Source: Eledone cirrhosa
Taxonomy: Eukaryota
Direction of reading: 5' to 3'
NCBI GenBank assembly: GCA_964016885.1
Contig: OZ024743.1
Span: forward strand, 98,704,001 to 98,768,000
DNA length: 64,000 nt
Shown here: positions 54,601-64,000 of the stretch, piece after piece
Layout of the letters: every line of letters begins with the position of its first letter
How positions within the stretch are numbered: position 1 is the first letter of the stretch
Notes under the pieces: generated by a model
What the model was told of the DNA's origin: nothing
Databases searched by the model: none
The model's input: the letters and a program-made list of their open reading frames with translations, nothing else
Made by a program: the position numbers and the translations under genes

Positions 54601-57600
54601 AAGCACTCTATAGAGCAGTGGTTCTAGAAGGTTGAACCATACAGAGCAGTGGTTCAAGAAGGTTGAATCACTGTATAGAGCAGTGGTTCTAGAAGGTTGA
54701 ACAACTGTATAGAGCAGTGGTTCTAGATGGTTGAACCACTGTATAGATCAGTGGCTCTAGAAGGTTGAACCATATAGATCAGTGGTTCTAGAAGGTTGAA
54801 CCACTGTTTAGAGCAGTGGTTCTAGAAGGTTGAACCACTGTATAGAACAGTGGTTCTAGGAGGTTGAACCGTATAGATCAATGGTTCTAGAAGGTTGAAC
54901 CATATAGAGCAGTGGTTCTAGAAGGTTGAACCATATTGAGCAGTGGTTCTAGAATGTTGAACCATATAGATCTGTAGTTCTAGAAGGGTGAACCATACAG
55001 ATCAGTGGTTTTAGAAGGTTGAACCATACAGATCAGTGGTTCTAGAAGGTTAAACCACTATAGAGTAGTGGTTCTAGAATGTTGAACCATATAGAGCAGT
55101 GGTTTTAGAAGGTTGAACCATACAGATCAGTGGTTCTAGAAGGTTAAACCACTCTATAGAACAGTGGCTGTAGAAGCTTGAACCACTGTATAGATCAGTG
55201 GTTCTAGAAGGTTGAACCACTATATAGATCAGTGGTTCTAGAAGTTTGAAGCACTGAATGGAGCAGTTGTTCTAGAAGGTTGAAATCTATAGATCAGTGG
55301 TTCTAGAATGTTGAACCATATAGATATGTGGTTCTAGAAGTTTGAACCACTCTATAGAACAGTGGTTTTAGAAGGTTGAACCACTGTATAGAGCAGTGGT
55401 TCAAGAAGGTTGAACCTCTCTATAGAGCAGTGGTTCAAGAAGGTTGAACCACTGTATAGAACAGTGGTTTTAGAAGGTTGAACCATATAGATCAGTGGTT
55501 CGAGAAGGTTGAACCATATAGATTAGTTGTTCTAGAAGGTTGAACCACTATAGAGCAGTGGTTCTAGAAGGGTGAACCACTGTATAGAGCAGTGGTTCTA
55601 GTAGGTTGAACCATATATTGCAGTTCTAGAAGGTTGAACCATATAGAGCAGTGGTTAGAGAAGGTTGAACCATATAGAGCAATGGTTCTAGAAGGTTGAA
55701 CAACTGTATAGAGTAGTGGTTATAGAAGGTTGAACCGTATAGATCAGTGGTTCTAGAAGGTTGAACCACTCTATAGTGCAATGGTTCTAGAAGGTTGAAC
55801 CACTGTATAGATCAGTGGTTCAAGAAGGTTGAACCACTGTATAGAGCAGTGGTTCTAGAAGGTTGAACCATATAGTGCAGTGGTTCTAGATGTTTGAACC
55901 ACTGTATAGAGCAGTGGTTCTAGAAGGTTGAACCACTCTATAGAGCAGTGCTTCTAGAAGGTTGATCCATACAGATCAGTAGTTCTAGAAGATTGAACCA
56001 GTGTATAGAGAGCAGTGGTTCTAGACGTTTGAACCACTGTATAGAGCAGTGGTTATAGAAGGTTGAACCACTGTATAGAACAGTGGTTCAATAAGGTTGA
56101 ACCACTGTATAGAGCAGTGGTTCTAGAAGGTTGAACCACTGTATAGAGCAGTGGTTCTAGAAGGTTGAACCACTGTATAGAACAGTGGTTCAAGAAGGTT
56201 GAACCACTGTATAGAGCAGTGGTTCAAGAAGGTCGAACCACTGTATAGAACAGTGGTTCTAGAAGGTTGAACCATATAGATTAGTGGTTCTAGAAGTTTG
56301 AACCACTCTATAGAGCAGTGGTTCTAGAAGGATCAACCACTCTATAGAGCAGTGGTTCTAGAAGGTTGAACCACTGCATAGAGCAGTGGTTCTAGAAGGC
56401 TCAACCATATAGATCAGTGGTTGTAGAAGGTTGAACCACTCTATAGAACAGTGGTTCTAGAAGGTTGAACCACTCTATAGATCAGTGCTTCTAGAAGTTT
56501 GAACCACTATATAGATCAGTGGTTATAGAAGTTTGAAGCACTGTATGGAGCAGTTGTTCTAGAAGGTTGAACTCTATAGATCAGTGGTTCTAGAAGGGTG
56601 AACCACTCTATAGAGCAGTGGTTCTAGAAGGTTGAACCACCCTATAGAGCAGTGGTTCTAGAAGGTTGAACCATATAGTGCAGTGGTTCTAGAAGTTTGA
56701 ACCACTGTATAGAGCTGTGGTTCTAGAAGTTTGAACCACCGTATAGAGCAGTGGTTCTAGAAGGTTGAACCACTGTATAGAACAGTGCATTAAGAAGGTT
56801 GAACCACTGTATAGTGCAGTGGTTCTAGAATGTTGAACCACTATATAGAGCAGTGATTCTAGAGGGGTGAAACACTCTATAGAGCAGTGTTTCTAGAATG
56901 TTGAACCATATAGAACAGTGGTTCTAGAAGGTTGAACCATTGTATAGATCAGTGGATCTAGAAGGTTGAACCATATAGGGCAGTGGTTTTAGAAGGTTGA
57001 ACCACTGTATAGAGCAGTGGTTCTAGAAGGTTGAACCATATAGAGCAGTGGTTCTAGGTTGAACCACTGTATAGAGCAGTGGTCCTAGAATGTTGAACCA
57101 TATAGATATGTGGTTCTAGAAGTTTGAACCACTCTATAGAACAGTGGTTTTAGAAGGTTGAACCACTGTATAGAGCAGTGGTTCAAGAAGTTTGAACCTC
57201 TCTATAGAGCAGTTGTTCTAGCAGGTTGAACCATATAGATTAGTTGTTTTAGAAGGTTGAACCATTATAGAGCAGTGGTTCTAGAAGGGTGAACCACTCT
57301 ATAGAGCAGTGGTTCTAGAAGGTTGAACCACTCTATAGTGCAGTCGTTCTATAAGGTTGAACCACTGTATAGAGCAGTGGTTCTAGAAGGTTGAACCATA
57401 TATTGCAGTTGTTCTAGAAGGTTGAACCATATAGAGCAGTGGTTATAGAAGGTTGAACCATATAGAGCAATGGTTCTAGAAGGTTGAACCACTGTATAGA
57501 TCAGTGGTTCAAGAAGGTTGAACCACTGTATAGAGCAGTGGTTCTAGAAGGTTGAACCATATAGTGCAGTGGTTCTAGATGTTTAAACCACTGTATAGAG

Positions 57601-60600
57601 CAGTGGTTCTAGAAGGTTGAACCACTCTATAGAGCAGTGCTTATAGAAGGTTGATCCATATAGATCAGTGGTTCTAGGAGGTTGAACCACTGTATAAAGA
57701 GCAGTGGTTCTAGACGTTTGATCCACTGTATAGATCAGTGGTTCTAGAAGGTTGAACCACATAGGGCAGTGGTTCTAGAAGGTTGAACCACTGTATAGAG
57801 GATTGGTTCTAGAAGGTTGAACCATATAGAGCAGTGTTTCTAGAAGGTTGAACCACTTTATAGAGTAGTTGTAGAAGGTTTAACCATATAGAGCAGTGGT
57901 TCAAGTAGGTTGAACCACTCTGTAGATCAGTGGTTTTAGAAGGTTAAACCATATAGATCAGTGGTTCTAGAAGGTTGAACCACTCTATAGAACAGTGGTT
58001 GTAGAAGCTTGAACCACTGTATAGATCAGTGATTCTAGAAGCTTGAACCACTCTATAGAGCAGGGGTTCTAGAAGGTTGAACCACTCTATAGAGTAGTGG
58101 TTCTAGAAGCTTGAACCATATAGAGCAGTGGTTCAAGAAGTTTGAACCACTGTGTAGATCAGTGATTTTAGAAGGTTGAACCATATAGATCAGTGGTTCT
58201 AGAAGGTTGAATCACTCTATAGAACAGTGGTTGTAGAAGGTTGAACCACTGTATAGAGCAGTGGTTCTAGAAGGTTGAACCACTCTATAGAGACAGTGGT
58301 TCTAGAAGGTTGAACCATATAGATCAGTGGTTCACGAAGGTTGAACCACTGTATAGAGAGCAGTGATTCTAGAAGTTTGAACCACTGTATAGATCAGTGG
58401 TTCTAGTATGTTGAACCATATAGATAAGTGGTTCTAGAAGGTTGAACCACTCTATAGAGCAGTGGTTCTAGAAGGTTGAACCATATAGAGCAGTGGTTCA
58501 AGAAGATTGAACCACTGTATAGAGCAGTGATTCAAGAAGGTTGAACCCCCGTATAGAGCAGTGGTTCTAGAAAGTTGAACCACTCTATAGAGCAGTGGTT
58601 CTGGAAGGTTGAACCACTCTATAGAGCAGTGGTTCTAGAAGGTTGAATCATATAGAGCAGTGGTTCAAGAAGGTTGAAAGACTGTATAGAGCAGTGGTAC
58701 TAGAAGGGTGAACCACTCTATAGAGCAGTGGTTCTAGAAGGTTGAACGATATAGATCAGGGGTTCTAGAAGGCTGAACTATATAGAGCAGTGGTTTTAGA
58801 AGTTTCAACCACTCTATAGAGCAGGTGGTCTAGAAGGTTGAACAACTGTATAGAGCAGTGGTTCTAGAAGGTTGAACCACTGTATAGATCAGTGGTTCGA
58901 GAATGTTGAACCATATAGAACAGTGGTTCTGGAAGGTTGAACCTATCTATAGATGAGTGGTTCTAGAATGTTTAACCATATAGATCAGTGGTTCTAGAAG
59001 GTTAAACGACTCTATAGAACAGTGGTTCTAGAAGGTTGAACCACTGTATAGATCGGTGGTTCTAGAAGGTGGAACCGTATAGATCAATGGTTCTAGAAGG
59101 TTGAACCATATAGAGCAGTGGTTCTAGGAGGTAGACCCATATAAAGCAGTGGTTCTAGAAGGTTGAACAACTGTATAGAGTAGTGGTTCTAGAATGTTGA
59201 ACCACTGTATAGAGCAGTGGTTCAAGAAGGTTGAACCACTGTATAGAACAGTGGTTTTAGAAGGTTGAACCACTGTATAGATCAGTGGTTCTAGAAGGTT
59301 GAATCATATAGATCAGTGGTTTTAGAAGGTTGAACCACTCTATAGAGCAGTGGTTCAAGAAGGTTGAACCACTGTATAGAGCAGTGGTTCTAGAAGGTTG
59401 AACCACTGCATAGAGCAGTGGTTCAAGCCGTTTAAACCACCGTATAGAGCAGTGGTTTTAGAAGGTTGAACCACTGTATAGATCAGTGGTTCTAGAAGGT
59501 TGACCTATATATATCAGTGGTTTTCAAAGGGTGAACCACTGTATAGAGCAGTGGTTCTAGAAGGGTGAACCACTCTATAGAGCAGTGGTTCTAGAAGGTT
59601 GAACCACTGTATAGATCAGTGATTCTAGAAGGTTGAACCACTGTATAGAGCAGTGGTTTTGAAGGTTGAATTATATAGAGCAGTGGTTCTAGAAGGTTGA
59701 ACCATATAGAGCAGTTGTTCTAGAAGGTTGAACCACTGAATAGAGCAGTGGTTCAAGAAGGTTGAACCACTGTATAGAGCAGTGGTTCTAGAAGGTTGAA
59801 CCACCGTATAGAGCAGTGGTTTTAGAAGCTTGAACCACTGTATAGATCAGTGGTTCTTGAAGGTTGAACTATATACATCAGTGGTTCTAGAAGTTTGAAC
59901 CACTGTATAGAACAGTGGTTCTAGAAGGGTGAACCACTCCATAGAGCAGTGGTTCTAGAAGGGTGAACCACTCCATAGAGCAGTGGTTCTAGAAGGGTGA
60001 ACCACTCTATAGAGCAGTGCTTCTAGAAGGTTGAACCACTGTATAGATCAATGGTCCTAGAAGGATGAACCATATAGATCTGTAGTTATAGAAGGTTGAA
60101 CCACTGTATAGATCAGTGGTTCTAGAAGCTTGAACCACTGTATAGAGCAGTCATTCTAGAAGGGTGAACCACTCTATAGAGCAGTGGTTCTAGAAGGTTG
60201 AACCATATAGTGCAGTGGTTCAAGAAGGTTGAACCACTGTATAGAGCAGTGGTTCTAGATGGTTGAACAACTGTATAGAGCAGTGGTTCTAAATGTTTGA
60301 ACCACTGTATAGATGAGTGGGTCTAGAAGGTTGAACCATATAGATCAGTGGTTCTAGAAGGTTGAACCACTGTATAGATCAGTGGTTCTAGAAGGTTGAA
60401 CCACTGTATAGAACAGTGGTTCTAGGAGGTTGAACCGTATAGATCAATGGTTCTAGAAGGTTGAACCATATAGAACAGTGGTTCTAGAAGGTTGAACCAT
60501 ATTGAGCAGTGGTACCAGAAGGTTGAACCACCGTATAGAGCAGTGGTTGTAGAAGGTTGAACTATATAGAGCAGTGGTTCTAGAAGGTTGAACCACTGTA

Positions 60601-63600
60601 TAGATCAGTGATTCTAGAAGGTTGAACCACTGTATAGAGCAGTGGTTTTGAAGGTTGAATTATATAGAGCAGTGGTTCAAGAAGGTTGAACCATATAGAG
60701 CAGTTGTTCTAGAAGGTTGAACCACTGAATAGAGCAGTGGTTCAAGAAGGTTGAACCACTTTATAGAGCAATGGTTCTAGAAGGTTGAACCACCGTATAG
60801 AGCAGTGGTTTTAGAAGCTTGAACCACTGTATAGATCATTGGTTCTTGAAGGTTGAACTATATACATCAGTGGTTCTAGAAGGTTGAACCACTGTATAGA
60901 ACAGTGGTTCTAGAAGGGTGAACCACTCCATAGAGCAGTGGTTCTAGAAGGGTGAACCACTCTATAGAGCAGTGCTTCTAGAAGGTTGAACCACTGTATA
61001 GATCAATGGTCCTAGAAGGATGAACCATATAGATCTGTGGTTATAGAAGGTTGAACCACTGTATAGATCAGTGGTTCTAGAAGCTTGAACCACTGTATAG
61101 AGCAGTCATTCAAGAAGTGTGAAGCACTCTATAGAGCAGTGGTTCTAGAAGGTTGAACCATACAGAGCAGTGGTTCAAGAAGGTTGAATCACTGTATAGA
61201 GCAGTGGTTCTAGAAGGTTGAACAACTGTATAGAGCAGTGGTTCTAGATGGTTGAACCACTGTATAGATCAGTGGCTCTAGAAGGTTGAACCATATAGAT
61301 CAGTGGTTCTAGAAGGTTGAACCACTGTTTAGAGCAGTGGTTCTAGAAGGTTGAACCACTGTATAGAACAGTGGTTCTAGGAGGTTGAACCGTATAGATC
61401 AATGGTTCTAGAAGGTTGAACCATATAGAGCAGTGGTTCTAGAAGGTTGAACCATATTGAGCAGTGGTTCTAGAATGTTGAACCATATAGATCTGTGGTT
61501 CTAGAAGGTTGAACCATACAGATCAGTGGTTTTAGAAGGTTGAACCATACAGATCAGTGGTTCTAGAAGGTTAAACCACTATAGAGTAGTGGTTCTAGAA
61601 TGTTGAACCATATAGAGCAGTGGTTTTAGAAGGTTGAACCATACAGATCAGTGGTTCTAGAAGGTTAAACCACTCTATAGAACAGTGGCTGTAGAAGCTT
61701 GAACCACTGTATAGATCACTGGTTCTAGAAGGTTGAACCACTATATAGATCAGTGGTTCTAGAAGTTTGAAGCACTGAATGGAGCAGTTGTTCTAGAAGG
61801 TTGAAATCTATAGATCAGTGGTTCTAGAATGTTGAACCATATAGATATGTGGTTCTAGAAGTTTGAACCACTCTATAGAACAGTGGTTTTAGAAGGTTGA
61901 ACCACTGTATAGAGCAGTGGTTCAAGAAGGTTGAACCTCTCTATAGAGCAGTGGTTCAAGAAGGTTGAACCACTGTATAGAACAGTGGTTTTAGAAGGTT
62001 GAACCATATAGATCAGTGGTTCGAGAAGGTTGAACCATATAGATTAGTTGTTCTAGAAGGTTGAACCACTATAGAGCAGTGGTTCTAGAAGGGTGAACCA
62101 CTGTATAGAGCAGTGGTTCTAGAAGGTTGAACCATATATTGCAGTTCTAGAAGGTTGAACCATATAGAGCAGTGGTTATAGAAGGTTGAACCATATAGAG
62201 CAATGGTTCTAGAAGGTTGAACAACTGTATAGAGTAGTGGTTATAGAAGGTTGAACCGTATAGATCAGTGGTTCTAGAAGGTTGAACCACTCTATAGTGC
62301 AATGGTTCTAGAAGGTTGAACCACTGTATAGATCAGTGGTTCAAGAAGGTTGAACCACTGTATAGAGCAGTGGTTCTAGAAGGTTGAACCATATAGTGCA
62401 GTGGTTCTAGATGTTTGAACCACTGTATAGAGCAGTGGTTCTAGAAGGTTGAACCACTCTATAGAGCAGTGCTTCTAGAAGGTTGATCCATACAGATCAG
62501 TAGTTCTAGAAGATTGAACCAGTGTATAGAGAGCAGTGGTTCTAGACGTTTGAACCACTGTATAGAGCAGTGGTTATAGAAGGTTGAACCACTGTATAGA
62601 ACAGTGGTTCAATAAGGTTGAACCACTGTATAGAGCAGTGGTTCTAGAAGGTTGAACCACTGTATAGAGCAGTGGTTCTAGAAGGTTGAACCACTGTATA
62701 GAACAGTGGTTCAAGAAGGTTGAACCACTGTATAGAGCAGTGGTTCAAGAAGGTCGAACCACTGTATAGAACAGTGGTTCTAGAAGGTTGAACCATATAG
62801 ATTAGTGGTTCTAGAAGTTTGAACCACTCTATAGAGCAGTGGTTCTAGAAGGATCAACCACTCTATAGAGCAGTGGTTCTAGAAGGTTGAACCACTGCAT
62901 AGAGCAGTGGTTCTAGAAGGCTCAACCATATAGATCAGTGGTTGTAGAAGGTTGAACCACTCTATAGAACAGTGGTTCTAGAAGGTTGAACCACTCTATA
63001 GATCAGTGCTTCTAGAAGTTTGAACCACTATATAGATCAGTGGTTCTAGAAGTTTGAAGCACTGTATGGAGCAGTTGTTCTAGAAGGTTGAACTCTATAG
63101 ATCAGTGGTTCTAGAAGGGTGAACCACTCTATAGAGCAGTGGTTCTAGAAGGTTGAACCACCCTATAGAGCAGTGGTTCTAGAAGGTTGAACCATATAGT
63201 GCAGTGGTTCTAGAAGTTTGAACCACTGTATAGAGCTGTGGTTCTAGAAGTTTGAACCACCGTATAGAGCAGTGGTTCTAGAAGGTTGAACCACTGTATA
63301 GAACAGTGCATTAAGAAGGTTGAACCACTGTATAGTGCAGTGGTTCTAGAATGTTGAACCACTATATAGAGCAGTGATTCTAGAGGGGTGAAACACTCTA
63401 TAGAGCAGTGTTTCTAGAATGTTGAACCATATAGAACAGTGGTTCTAGAAGGTTGAACCATTGTATAGATCAGTGGATCTAGAAGGTTGAACCATATAGG
63501 GCAGTGGTTTTAGAAGGTTGAACCACTGTATAGAGCAGTGGTTCTAGAAGGTTGAACCATATAGAGCAGTGGTTCTAGGTTGAACCACTGTATAGAGCAG

Positions 63601-64000
63601 TGGTCCTAGAATGTTGAACCATATAGATATGTGGTTCTAGAAGTTTGAACCACTCTATAGAACAGTGGTTTTAGAAGGTTGAACCACTGTATAGAGCAGT
63701 GGTTCAAGAAGTTTGAACCTCTCTATAGAGCAGTTGTTCTAGCAGGTTGAACCATATAGATTAGTTGTTTTAGAAGGTTGAAGCATTATAGAGCAGTGGT
63801 TCTAGAAGGGTGAACCACTCTATAGAGCAGTGGTTCTAGAAGGTTGAACCACTCTATAGTGCAGTCGTTCTATAAGGTTGAACCACTGTATAGAGCAGTG
63901 GTTCTAGAAGGTTGAACCATATATTGCAGTTGTTCTAGAAGGTTGAACCATATAGAGCAGTGGTTATAGAAGGTTGAACCATATAGAGCAATGGTTCTAG
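15626..64000. repeat. Satellite array, 34-bp monomer TCTAGAAGGTTGAACCACTGTATAGAGCAGTGGT mixed with a 31-bp variant lacking CTG; continues past the window end
   Basis: Head-to-tail monomers in one orientation for more than 48 kb; most carry an XbaI site (TCTAGA). I saw no inserted element. Confidence 0.99.

Noticed and set aside
15626-64000. CRISPR array (palindromic repeats of about 30-35 bp)
   Set aside because: The monomers are contiguous with no unique spacers, there are no cas genes, and the context is eukaryotic.

Overview
Eukaryotic, AT-rich, repeat-only DNA. The SINE/LINE tails look cephalopod/Octopus-like to me, but that is recollection, not a search. No intact host gene is visible. 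Bases 1-15.6 kb hold a partial RTE-clade LINE, a dead DD41D Tc1/mariner transposon, microsatellites, a nearly full-length disabled RTE LINE, a tRNA-headed SINE sharing that LINE's 5'UTR segment and tail, and a MITE. Bases 15.6-64 kb are one 34/31-bp hairpin-forming satellite with irregular kb-scale internal duplications. The standout is 2201-9094, about 12 near-identical ~563-bp units. Each carries a type I hammerhead ribozyme fold (CTGATGA...GAAA, palindromic stem III, long stem II). The units form two back-to-back inverted arms. Both arms end at a TATAT inside a (TA)n tract and join at a 5-bp microhomology. This fits a retrozyme-like circular RNA copied by rolling-circle, twin-primed reverse transcription (inference). 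Next to it (9165-9551) is a second, unrelated hammerhead element with the same inverted, TA-anchored geometry.
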